From positions 73,284,001 through 73,348,000 of the forward strand of contig OX597817.1 in the NCBI GenBank assembly GCA_951406725.2: a stretch of 64,000 nt of DNA, in the 5' to 3' direction. Under the pieces are notes generated by a model that worked only from the letters and a program-made list of their open reading frames with translations, searched no databases and was not told the DNA's origin. Within the stretch, counting starts at the first letter, position 1. The number at the start of each line of letters is the position of its first letter. Of this stretch, positions 33,464 to 46,116 are shown piece after piece. The translations under genes and the position numbers were made by a program. The DNA is from Octopus vulgaris (Eukaryota).

Positions 33464-33701
33464 GTCGAGCTGGCAGAAACGTTAGCACGCCGGACGAAAT
33501 ACGACGAAATACTTAGTGGTATTTCGTCTGCCGTTACGTTCTGAGTTCAAATTCCGCCGAGGTCGACTTTGCCTTTCATCCTTTCGGGGTCGATAAATTA
33601 AGTACCAGTTACGCACTGGGGTCGATGTAAGCGACTTAATCCCTTTGCCTGTCCTTGTTTGTCCCCTCTATGTTTAGCCCCTTGTGGGCAATAAAAAAAA
33701 A
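33464..33701 (+). mobile_element. tRNA-derived SINE family B (Meta-domain-like core)
   Basis: gagctggcagaa.cgttagcacg head, B-box GAGTTCAAATTCC, core ggtcgactttgcctttcatcctttcggggtcgataaattaagtacc resembling the Meta/Sauria-SINE central domain, tail gccccttgtgggcaataaa. Confidence 0.88.
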
Positions 33702-34899
33702 TGAGAAACAGATGAGTCGAGTGTACTTGAGTGAAGGTGGCACGAGGACAGACCACTTTGAGGAACAGAGATCACCGTCATAACGGTAGAAAAAGAAAGT
33801 GTTTGGTGGAGGCTTCGCTCAACTATGACCCATAAATTGGAGAATGTTGGTGAGTCACTTATGTCAATCTATCTGAAGAACATTTGAATTAACGAAACTG
33901 TGGTACCACTCTGTAGTTTGCGAAAATGTACGAATCGTTGAACTGTCACCTGATTGCCAGTTATCTTCTTGCGACATTTGTCCCAGATGTGTCGTAGGGA
34001 GCCGTGTTTAGTTACCTGTTTTTGACAAGCAAAATCATTATTGATGGTTAACTGTTCTCTTCCGGACTTTAAAGAGCCTTAACTGTTAGTATATAGTTTA
34101 CTGTTTTAAACGAATTTATATTCCTCGTAGCTTCTGCAATGAACTATGCTTTTGGAAATGATTGTTTAAGTGGCCATAAGTTTGAAGATCAATACAGGTT
34201 CAAATCCGACTCTATCGGCCACTATTGATTGTGCAAGTGAATATGTATGTGCAGACCTGAGCAAATATTTTTGAGGAACACTGACAGTTGCTCATGCATC
34301 CAAGCCTCTCCTCTTCACGCCACGCCGGAAATGCTACCTACATGGCCAAAAGAGTGTCGTTGTAGGTGCTGCTGTCAGAACACCGAAGGTCTGAATAGAT
34401 ACCGTAAGACATCCCACCCGATCCTAGTACTTTCGCTAATTCAGGGCAGTGGATTAGTACTTCTTTTCTTATTGATCCTGAAAGACTGAAAGGCAAAGTT
34501 GATTCGAACTCAGTGCGCTGAGAATAAGAACAAATACCGCGAGGCATTTTATTTAATGCTTTAACTACTCTGCTGCCAACTTCTGGCAATTTGTCGCGTA
34601 ACGAGGAATGAAAACAAAAGAATAAGAACAAATGAATATGATGGGGTTTGCTAGTTTGGCGACAGATTTCGATAAAGAGTGAGGCTATCACTGGATTTTG
34701 TAGGACTTTCATAGATCTCTTTATGTTAAAAATAGCTTTAATCCTCATTTTAATATGAGTAAGTCAGTCTATGGAGTACATGGGAGAAAAGCAGATGCAG
34801 GAAAAACCGAATGGCAGAGTTGATAAAATATATGAGAATTCATTAGATGTTTATTTTAATCCCATAACGGGATCTCTGGAGTAACTTTATTCAACAGGG

Positions 34900-35090
34900 T
34901 ATGTAGCTTGGTGATCAGGTGGTCTCTCTAGGTCGAACCGTTGCTTCTCCGCATCGAGGGGTCACAGCTCCGGTACTATGGATACGTGATTAGTATGTCG
35001 CAAGAAAGGCGCGCAGCGGGGATACTTCAGACTAATTCAAGCGGCAACAGTCCTAGTGGGCAGAGAAGATGGATGGGTGGATAAAATGAG
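34900..35090 (+). mobile_element. RTE-clade LINE C-terminal remnant
   Basis: Translates SL*VEPLLLRIEGSQLRYYGYVISMSQERRAAGIL...SGNSPSGQRRW, matching the RTE motif VEPLLLRIERSQLRWFGHV.RM...RPRGRP..RW. Confidence 0.65.
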
Positions 35091-36965
35091 TAAATGACAG
35101 ATCGCTGTTTCATATTCCATTGGCAGTATTGCGTGTCATCTATCACCAAAATCATTAATTTTCACTGGTCGAGTCCATTTAAATGTAATCAGGTAACATG
35201 CGCTATTTTTAAACCACTGCAGGTAATAACAGAAGCGGTTCTGTGGGATTAATATGTGATTAATTGTCTTGTGGTGCAGAGGTCAGTTCTTTACTCGGTG
35301 AAAAGCTAAACGTTACAGAACATCATAAACAACAATTAACTTCATAAAAAGCAAATAAACAATTTATAAACAGAGAGTAACTATTAACAGTCATCAATGC
35401 CTTCGTTAACTATTAGCTGTCATCAATAACTTCAATAACTATTAGCAATAATCAATAACTTGAATAACTATTAGAAATAATCAATAACCATTAATGACCA
35501 AAGTGATGCTTCATCTCGGTTATTTAAATTTTGAAAATTAGAGGAATGAAAAAATAGAATTTAAGGAGAACGTATAGCAAATAGGGTGATCTCATTTTAA
35601 AATTAGGAAAATAAGGTAGTAAATGTATGCGGATGGTAGAAAATAAAATAGTCTGAGATTTATATATCAGCGACAGAGGCAATATTAATACTGAAAAGCA
35701 ATATTTATCTCCACTTAAACGTGGATGCTCTGTTAGAACAAATTTGCGGTAGTTGCCATGAGAAATACTCTCATATGGGATTTTGGTGTAAAATGCACGC
35801 TTGTTTATATTGCAAGCGGGGAGATAAATCCCTACCAACTTCAGAGCCGAGGCCACCAGATCATCAAACAGGATTGAGCGCTGAACGTAAAAGGATTGAG
35901 CGTTGATGGTAAAGATTCGAAAGAAATGCTCTGCCAAGCATTTTGTTCGATATGGTAACGATTTTGCGAGCTTGCCGCCATATAAAGGCACTAAATTAAA
36001 GAAACTATCTTGGGCTGTGGATTAGTGGAAATGCTAGAGTGTCGAACGAGACACCTTGCGGGTATTTGTCCAGGTTTTTTGCCTTTCGGTAACAACGTCG
36101 GAGGACACAAGTGCCAGGCTATATCGGCCTCAAAGAGATAACTTTTCTCTTGGACAACATCAGCGCGTTGAAAGGGAAGGCTTACGTTCATGGGTAACTG
36201 GCAGCCTTCCACAAAAAAAAAAACAAAAACAAAAAAAAAAGCAAAATACCTAATGACAGCCGTGCCTGCCCAGCCCATGCAAATGTAGGTATATATCACC
36301 CTCACCGATAGAGGATCCCCTTTATAAACTGAAAACCTAGCTATTTTATGGAATTATATTTATTTTTATATATCAAATTGCATATATATTAGACCAATGT
36401 ATATAAATGAACTATCAGGAGGTGGTAGTTGACATTGGTTTGCTAGCTGTGAATTTCACTGGGATATCGTATGATAATTATTTTTATATAGAACTACCTG
36501 GAAGTGTGAAAAGAGAATGTATAATAGATCAGGTAGCATGGATGGTGGATCAATTAAAATGAATGCACGAGTTTCACTCTTTATTTTGCACATATCTTCA
36601 TTCTTACCGTCTAATGGACGTTTTTGACACGTTATGATTAGGCGACGGTTTAGACGTGGGGAATTATAGGACGAATTTGACTGGGTGGATCCTTTCTCTG
36701 CATACATACACATGCAGATATGTATATGAATGTATGTATATATTTGAATATGTGTATGTGTATGTGTATGTGTGTGCATCTAAATGTACGTATGTATGCA
36801 TGTAGGTACGTATAAGTATGTATACACAGACGTGCGCCCGCGAACACACAGAGAAATAATGGTTTTTGCCACTTCAACATGGCTGTTCCGTAGGAACCGA
36901 TTTTACTACACCTTTAACCCCAGGAGGACGCCTTCTCTAGCCAGTTATTCGATGCAATCTGCATC

Positions 36966-37005
<40 letters not shown>

Positions 37006-37131
37006 GTTAAAATGCTAGTAAAGTCGGTTCTTGCAGAACAGACATGTTTAAGTGGCGATAACCATTACTTCTCATTATAGTTACTGATTTCATATCTTAT
37101 AGAGATTTTCTAACTAGCTAATTTTCTTGTT

Positions 37132-37169
<38 letters not shown>

Positions 37170-37400
37170 TTTTTGATTTCCCAGTTTCAGCTAATGAGCT
37201 GTGGCCATGCTGGGGCACCGCCATATGTATATAAAAGAAAACAAAAAATGGAGCAAGAACGTAACAGGCGACAACAAAACATCCAGTCAGTTAGACGATA
37301 CAAAAAAGGACGAAAAAAATCAAAAACAAAGACGAGTCATTCGGAGTTTTCTATCCTCAGTCGAGTTCCAGATTATCTCGGCAGAGTCGGCCGGTTACTA

Positions 37401-38456
<1,056 letters not shown>

Positions 38457-38621
38457 TATTGCACATTTAAACCCCAGGTTTGTTTATTTGAATTATTGTC
38501 TCCATATCTGCTCAATTGTATTCCCCTAATAACCACTCTTTACTCTGCCGACTTGGTCCTCGGTAATTATATCGGAGTTTTCAAATAATTTTCAATACTG
38601 AGTTTCTCGCGATTTCATTTA

Positions 38622-38666
<45 letters not shown>

Positions 38667-38873
38667 TTAAGTTTGAAAATGAAGAGATTCAACGGATGTA
38701 AATTAATTTATTGATTAATTATTATCCAATGTGAAATGAAACACTTATAGGTAATGATAATTAATTGATAAATTAATTTATATTCATTGAATCCCTTCAT
38801 TTTCAAATTTAATAATAATATTTGATATTTTATATCTTTATTGAAGAAATCTCTTTAAAATACACTATATTAA

Positions 38874-39095
38874 CTAATTAAGTCCCAGAGTACATAAATT
38901 TCTGAATATTACTTTCGAATTTTTACAGATGATAGTAAATAGGTTAAAATAAAAAAAATATTATTAAAACTCCTTTACTTCAAGTAGAAATGGAAATACT
39001 CACTGTCCTATAAATAGGACACTGAGACAATGTGATATAGTTTATTTAATGTTCTCATTTAGTGTCCTATTTATAGGACAGTGGGACTTAATGGG
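38874..39095. mobile_element. piggyBac-type MITE
   Basis: TTAA on both sides. Right end ...gacagtgggacttaatggg, degenerate left end ctaattaagtcccag, internal palindromes gtcctataaataggac. Confidence 0.6.
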
Positions 39096-39182
39096 TTAAA
39101 CCAGTGCATCTGGGATCAAAATATCCTTGTAACAAAACAAAATATCCCTTTAAAAATCGGCACGAACTTTCCGGACATCCCA

Positions 39183-39259
<77 letters not shown>

Positions 39260-39510
39260 CGAGCTGGCAGTAAGGTGGCAGCTGGCAGATAGGCGACGAG
39301 CTCGCAGATAGGTGACGAGCTGGCAGAATCGTAAGCACGCCGGGCGAAATGCTTAGCAGCATTTCGTCTGTCTTAATATTCTGAGTTCAAATACCACCGA
39401 TGTCGACTTTGCTTTTCATCTTTTCAGGGTCGATAAAATAAGTACAAGTTGAGTACTGGGATCGATGCAATTGACTGTCCCTCCTCCCCCAAATTTCAGG
39501 CCTCGTGCTA
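39260..39510 (+). mobile_element. SINE family B with a stuttered 5' end
   Basis: Four tandem gagctggcag-like head starts, then the family B body. Confidence 0.85.
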
Positions 39511-39568
39511 ATTATTAAGGATTATTATTATAGTTCTATATTTAAGAGATGAGGTATTATGTACATGT

Positions 39569-39645
39569 GGAGCATATGGCACAGTGGTTAAGAGCGCGGG
39601 CTACTAACTACAATATTCCGAGTTCGATTCCAAGCAGTGACCTGA
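39569..39645 (+). mobile_element. tRNA-derived head (SINE family D)
   Basis: A-box TGGCACAGTGG (39577) and B-box GAGTTCGATTCC (39620). Does not fold as an intact tRNA. Confidence 0.75.
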
Positions 39646-39675
39646 ACAACAACAACAACAATAATAATAATAAGA

Positions 39676-40231
39676 TGCCCTGATGCAGTACCGGACAGTG
39701 GCTCTCATAGCTCCTGATCTTAACTGATTGGAAGTGTCATCATGTACATTGTTTCGTCTTGGTTATAAAAGATGCGCTGCAGCAAATATTATGCTCAATA
39801 CCACAGATTTGCTTGTCGTTTGTTTGATCTTAACGAGTTGACCATGTCCCTGAGTGGCTGACGATATGTGCATCTCTGACCACGAGCAGAAGTAGTGGGG
39901 GGAGCATCATAGCCATGTGTTGAGAGGGATTCTTTGGGGTTTGAATAATTCACCTCTGGAAACATAGCTGTTTCATTCAACATCCTTAAACAACCCTTAT
40001 TCAGGGACCTTTTGAGGGGTATGGGTTTCTCGACCAGAAGAGAATTCTAACTGGGCCCCACCTGCAAGGTCATGTGCTGTTTATCTTGATATGAGATCAC
40101 CATGTCGCGCACATATGGTTCTGATGCATGTGCCTAGTGTACCCTTATCAGACGGGTAGTCATGTGGGTATACTGGGCTTCGCATATTTTATCCCAGTGT
40201 CACTTTGATGGCATGCACTGCTCTCTCTCTC
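39676..40231 (+). mobile_element. About 550-bp element inserted in an (AAT)n tract
   Basis: Reverse complement of 29613-30140; AAT repeats on both flanks. Confidence 0.85.
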
Positions 40232-40301
40232 AATCAATAATGATAATAATAACATCGAAAAATATCTTAGGAATGAGAATCCAGGTTCGAAATTTGCCCA
40301 A

Positions 40302-40347
40302 GATACCTGAAGAAGGCTGGAGGGTATATAAGTCGAAACGTTGTGTT
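40302..40347 (+). ncRNA. Putative minimal type I hammerhead ribozyme
   Basis: Stem I GAUAC/GUGUU, CUGAAGA(A), stem II GGCU/AGUC, GAAA, palindromic ACGU in place of stem III, triplet GUU. Confidence 0.6.
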
Positions 40348-40405
40348 AACAACAAACAAGATGAGGACAAATATCCGTCGAATGTAAATAATGATTATTA
40401 TTATC

Positions 40406-40504
<99 letters not shown>

Positions 40505-40850
40505 GTTCCTGGTTCAGTCTTACTCCGTAGCACCTTGGGCAAGTGTCTTATGCTACAGCCTGAGGCCGATCAAAGCCTTGTGAGTGGAATAGGTAGACGG
40601 AAACTGAAAGAAGCCCGTGGTATATAGACATGTATATATGTATTTGTGTATGTATGCGTATCATTGTGTCTGTATTTGTCCCCACCATCGCTTAACAACT
40701 GGTATTGGTGCCTTTACGTCCCCGTAACTTTGCCGTTTGGCAATAGAAAAAAGTACTGGGTTGGATTTGTTCGACTAAAAACCCTTCAAGACGGTGCCCT
40801 ATCATAGCCGCAGTCAGATGACTGAAACAAACAAAAGATAAAAGCTAAAG
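40505..40850 (+). mobile_element. SINE family A, 5'-truncated
   Basis: caccttgggcaagtgtctt...gacggaaactgaaagaagcccgt...ggtgccctatcatagccgcagtcagatgactgaaac. Confidence 0.85.
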
Positions 40851-41789
40851 GATATATATATACAGACATATCCGACCGTGTTACCTTGGTAACTAAAATA
40901 CACACGCCAAATATTATCTCCTGATAGAAAACCCTAATATAACAGAAATTCGTTTCTGCGTTCTAACATTAACGAAGTTAATGTTTCGAAGAAGAGATAT
41001 ATAACAACTCGAGTCTGCTAATTAACCGCTAACAAAAATAAAGTATGTTGCCATTCCATTTGATTATTGTAATTTATCTACTTTAAAGTGAATTGATATC
41101 GGAATTGGTTCGAGTATCCGATCAATCTTTAAAAGCCAACTATTTATCATATCTGAAGGTAGTATAACACTATTGTAATAATACACTTAGCTCAAGGTTC
41201 CTGAAAATGTGGAGACCCTGAAATTATGGCGCTCGTAATATAGGATTCTTTTGTTGGTAAATTAATCTGTCACCGAAATAACACTGAGTTATTTAATATA
41301 CATACCAATAAAAATAGTCTCCCTTCAGTCAATGTCTTTTATGATATCTGATGACTCAGCAATATTTTTATGGACAAAGTAATACATAAGTTTCTTCAGC
41401 ATTAATATAAACAGCCTAACAGCTGAGTTGAGGCCAATTGGATTTCTCAGTATATGTCTCGTAAGCCGCCTCTCTATCCCTATATCACCCCTCTCCCTGT
41501 CTCTCCGCAAAAAAACAAAACAAAAAAACAAAAACAAAACAAAAACATAACAAGCTTTCTCTCATTTATTAGCCGCATCCCTGATGCCAGTCCCACTCGT
41601 TGACTGACATAGCTCAGGGATTTCAGAATAGCCTGCCCTGTTATAATTCATACTGCCAGGTGCCCAGATCACTTCGGGTAGCTGAACAAGATATATCATG
41701 ACAATTGGACAGGGTCACCGTTATATTGTGTCATTTTTAGGATGATGAACACTCTCATCTTTTGTTAACAGCATTTTTCTAAACTATAT

Positions 41790-41848
<59 letters not shown>

Positions 41849-42024
41849 GTGTATGTGTAGTGTGTGTGCGTGTGCGTATAAAAAAAACATTCACGAGAAA
41901 ATATCAAAGATATGAAAATTATAGACAAAAAAAAAAATCATTGAAAATAAGTTTTAAATATCATGTAACTGATAAAGGGACTTCTGAATTACACTGCATA
42001 CTGGTTTCAATTTCGAGGGAAGGC

Positions 42025-42410
42025 GGAAGTCGATTACAACGATCCCAGTCCTCAACCGGTACTCATTTTTCCGAACCCCAAAGAATGGAAATCAAAGTCG
42101 AGCTTGGTGGAATTTGAACTCAGAACACAAGGACGAACGAAATACAGCTAAGAATTTTGCCGCAAAGCATGTTGGCCGACGTACTGACGATTCTGCCAGC
42201 TCGCCGCCTTGAACTTTCTAGTAATATACAAGGTGATTAAGGCGGTGAGCTGGCAGAATCGTCAGTACATCGGGCAAAATGCTTTGCGGCATTTCGTCCG
42301 TCTTTATGTTCTGAGATCAACTTCACCTTTATCCTTTCGGAGTCAATAAAATGAGTACCACTTATCTCCTCCCCGAAAAATCTGGCTTTGTGCCAAAACT
42401 CGATATTAAT
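42025..42410. mobile_element. Two SINE family B copies, head-to-head (42025-42210 minus; 42239-42410 plus)
   Basis: ttctgccagctcgccgcctt, 28-bp spacer, aaggcggtgagctggcagaa. Confidence 0.85.
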
Positions 42411-42678
42411 ATTACCAGAAAGTTCGATTTGACTATTTATTTCTCTGACCATCTCAAACATCTAATAATAAAGTCTTCAGAAATATCAACTGCACAACTG
42501 TCGTGCGGAAAAAAAATTTATCATGAACATGAAGTTACTAACACATCAAACAGGTATTAATCATCTGTTGATGACTCAATGCGTTAGTAATTTCGACTAT
42601 CTTGAGATTCAGAAAAAAAAGGATAAAATCTAGAATAGTAAGTTTCATTTTTACTCAAACGACGGGCAGTTGAAAATG

Positions 42679-42690
42679 AAAAAAAAAAAA
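42679..42690 (-). terminator. Pol III terminator (T run) for tRNA-Leu
   Basis: A 12-T run lies 10 nt downstream of the tRNA on the minus strand. Confidence 0.8.
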
Positions 42691-42700
42691 CATAACGCAT

Positions 42701-42784
42701 TGTCAGAAGTGGGATTCGAACCCACGCCGGGAAGACCCGACTGCGACCTGAACGCAGCGCCTTAGACCGCTCGGCCATCCTGAC
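42701..42784 (-). tRNA. trnL-CAG: tRNA-Leu(CAG), apparently intact
   Basis: GTCAGGATGGCCGAGCGGTCTAAGGCGCTGCGTTCAGGTCGCAGTCGGGTCTTCCCGGCGTGGGTTCGAATCCCACTTCTGACA. All stems pair, long variable arm, anticodon CAG. Confidence 0.97.
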
Positions 42785-42979
42785 TACCACAAGTTGCTGA
42801 TTTCTGTATTTGCTTATTATTAACAATATATCTAACACTGATACGCTGAATGTGACGTTGTCAATGTTTATGCATCCATAGCTTTCTATGTATGAATGAA
42901 TGAATGAATGTATGTATGTATGTATGTATGTATGTATGTATGTATGTATGTATGTATGTATGTAGTGGTGGTGGTGGCT

Positions 42980-43015
<36 letters not shown>

Positions 43016-43052
43016 GTAGTAGTAGTAGTGGTAGTGGTAGTAGTGGTAGTGT

Positions 43053-43085
<33 letters not shown>

Positions 43086-43891
43086 GGAGGAGACATATTT
43101 ATGCACACCGACTGCTGGTAAAAACTCTCCACGGTATTTTACTGGGTGGGAATTAATTTTATCGACTCCGGCGTTATTTGAACTCAGAACGTTAAGAGAC
43201 ATAAACGTCAGAAAGTATTTTTTGTTACCACGTTTTATGAACAAAACAAACAAAAAGAAAAGATAAAAGAGAGAGGAAGAGAGACAGACAGACAGAAATC
43301 ATTAACAGTCAATAACCATTAACATCCATCAATAACTTCAATGGTCATCGATAACTATCAATAACCATATTACACAACCCAATGATCCAAGGCATTTCCT
43401 ACCTTGCTTATTTTGATGAGTTTCTTTCTCTCACGGTTTTTGATTTGGGGAGAGAGAAAAAAAGGGAGAGAAATCTAAGAAATTAAGTCACCAAAAAGCA
43501 AAAACAAAAAAAAAACTTTTCATGTTCCGGAAAAATAAAAAAAAAAAACATTAAAAAATAATTCCCTTCCTCCTCCACGTACTCATTATTGTGTTTTCTT
43601 GACTTCGCATTAAATTGGGAGTGCATAACGAGACTGCACTAGACTTATTTTATGAGTGTGTTCTCACTTTCATATGAGGTAATTAAAATCATAGGGATTC
43701 GAGTTGATTGCCTACAATCAACAGGAGAGTGTTATAAAAAGAGAGTGAGTTTCCACGAACTTCTTTCGAATGTAGGCAAAGAAACTGATGTCGCTTTGGT
43801 AGCAAACTATCAAATACAGAGGAAAGGAGGAACATTATTTAAGGAAACTGTAAAATAAGGGGATCCCATTTTGATATATAATGACAAATTC

Positions 43892-44704
43892 GGATCTAGT
43901 TGGTTTGGCTGACAGCATTTCAAAAATTAAAGTTTATCAAAAATTTTAAAATTTGGCACAATGCTGAATTGCTGGAGTGATTTCACTTTTCCCAGAAAAA
44001 TGTTTTTAAAAAGTTATACAGGTTTAAAGTTTGATCATTTTCACCTTATCAGGAAACAGGATTTGGAAGCTGTCATTTTATGCGTGACTGAACATTTTGT
44101 CGTCAACATCCTGAAAGTAGCACGCGCTGTCAATATTTGTAAACAACACGTGGTTTGTAGTTTGAAGCATTCAATATGCATTTAATGCGATAGCACGAGC
44201 TTAAAAAGATTTATCCAAAAAACGTTATTTACCCGTTATTTTTACCACACTTCAAAACCACCACAACGATAACAAGAAAGAGTAAACGAGTAGTTTTGAG
44301 CATCTAAAATGCATTTCATGCAAATGCGATGAACAACACGTTACAAACTAAATAATTAAAAAAAAAACATTTTGTTGACCAGTTCATAAATTCATATGCT
44401 CAATTGTCAACAGATAGGTAAAACAAGTGGTTTCAATGTATTTGTCAACAGGTGCTTTCTCGCAGACAAAACAGTTCTCAGGATCCGCTTGTTACTACGG
44501 AAACAGGCATGAATGTGTTTTGTGGATTACGATTGGCTAAAATTACCAAAATCTTCAAACTTTTATTGCTAATAACTCTTTATTTATTGATTTATAGCGA
44601 AAATGATTTTCACGTCATTCATTAGACAATAAAAGTGTATCATTACACTGAATATGAAATCAGTTCGAACAGAATTGATGCTGGCAGCCAAACCAACTAG
44701 ATCC
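43892..44704. mobile_element. Non-autonomous DNA transposon, 813 bp, 27-bp TIRs, 8-bp TSD (Merlin-like)
   Basis: GGATCTAGTTGGTTTGGCTG(A)CAGCAT / ATGCTG(G)CAGCCAAACCAACTAGATCC. ACAAATTC is duplicated at 43884-43891 and 44705-44712. The superfamily is inferred from the GG start plus 8-bp TSD. Confidence 0.9.
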
Positions 44705-44941
44705 ACAAATTCTTTCTACTATAGGCTCAAATCCCGGAATTTGGGGCGAGGGAGTGGGTTAGGCAATTACATCGATCCCAGTACTCAAATGATACTTATT
44801 TTTTGACGCCAAAAAGATGAAAATCCAAGTCGACTCTCAATGGAATTTGAATTTAGAACGTAAAGCTGGAGGAAATGAAATTGGTTATGATTTATGACTT
44901 TCCGAAAGACCTTCCTGGTGTGAAAAAAAAAAGTCCTTTGT

Positions 44942-45019
44942 TGTCAGAAGTGAGTTTCGAAACCACGTCCAGAACATACGACTGTGATTGAGCACTTTAG
45001 TACACCCAGCCATTCTGAC
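44942..45019 (-). pseudogene. tRNA-Leu pseudogene with a collapsed anticodon arm
   Basis: GTCAGAATGGCTGGGTGTACTAAAGTGCT...CGTGGTTTCGAAACTCACTTCTGACA; the downstream T run is retained. Confidence 0.8.
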
Positions 45020-45099
45020 TTGCGACGGGGGTTTTTCTTTTCTGGTTTCTTATTGAAAACTAACTGCGAGTATGTCTTACTGCAAAATATCAAATATAT

Positions 45100-45560
45100 T
45101 TCTCATGATGGCAGTGCATCCTTAACTAGGAGTGCGGCATAAAAGACATGTATTTCTCTTCAGGATCAGAATAATACTTCATCCCTTCAACAATTACTGA
45201 CATACTACAAACCTACAATAGAGTATTGTTCCAACATCTAGGATGGTACTGATGGCATTCGTACATCTTTAAGACCAGACATAGGCATCCTTCTTCGAGA
45301 AGCAGGCTTATCATTAGTTGGGCTGCGCTACTAAAAAAATTCAAGATAATTTTCCGTTAGGTGTACCATTCAGAAAACCCCGCAGATCGCAGTTTGCCCG
45401 TGACTGTCCGAGACCATAGCTAGAGAAAGACTATTAAAATAGTTGCAAGAAGTCACTCATATACATGTTTCAGCTTTTGACTCACAGATAGAGTGTCCCC
45501 TCTCCTTGCCTTTTTCGTACCACTGCTGTAATGGCCTCTCTCAAAAGGGGCTGTAGGGTT
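45100..45560 (+). mobile_element. Highly decayed CR1/Jockey-group LINE remnant
   Basis: Patchy translation ASLTRSAA*K..LFRIR..QQLLTYYKPTIEYCSNI*DG resembles the LLTLYKA.IRP.MEYCSHIWGG motif. Confidence 0.5.
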
Positions 45561-45634
45561 TATTATTGTTATATTCAGAATATAAAGCATAACAAATACT
45601 TTGAAAGCATAACAGAAGTACCAACTTTATATCT

Positions 45635-45718
45635 GTCAGGATAGGCGAGCGGTCTAAGGCGCTGCGTTTAGGTCGCAGTCGAGTCTTCCCGGCGAGGATT
45701 CGAATCCCCCTTCTGTCA
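45635..45718 (+). pseudogene. tRNA-Leu paralog with anticodon TAG, probably a pseudogene
   Basis: Full-length copy of the 42701-42784 gene with CAG>TAG and mismatches in the D, T and acceptor stems. No adjacent T run. Confidence 0.8.
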
Positions 45719-46116
45719 ATAGCAGCCCCCCCCCTTCTCTCAGCGGAAAAGAAAGGAAAAGAAAAGAAAAAATACCCTGCACAGCCTTATGTGAAAACTT
45801 TCAGTACTGATTTAATCTTAGAAGTCCCCAGAACATAAAAATGGATCAATAATTTCAGAACAAGAGTAATTGCAATGATTCATTTTATGGTGTATGAACT
45901 CGTGGGAAGTCTCTTCACCAGTAGGCCTGAAGATGCACAAATGAAGAATTTATCCCCTTATACTGTCACTCTGTTTCTGTCTGAAAACTTTTATTAACAT
46001 TGTACAAATATCTACCGAAAACTCGGTCACTTCCACTATATAGTTCGTTAAGTAAGCAGTTCTGTCGATCGATAAAACTAGAATACTAGAGAACCCATTA
46101 ATATATGTGTCTATGT

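Noticed and set aside
35524-35991. 155-aa minus-strand ORF with a faint L1-endonuclease flavour (LVGIYLPA)
   Set aside because: It begins inside a SINE, and no GDFN or SDH catalytic motifs are recognisable.
39569-39645. SINE heads (also 1142, 50562, 53700, 63463) as tRNA genes
   Set aside because: A/B boxes are present but the cloverleafs do not close, and each continues into a repeat body.
39676-39740. CTGATGCA at the start of the TAA-associated element as a hammerhead core
   Set aside because: No stem II followed by GAAA in register.
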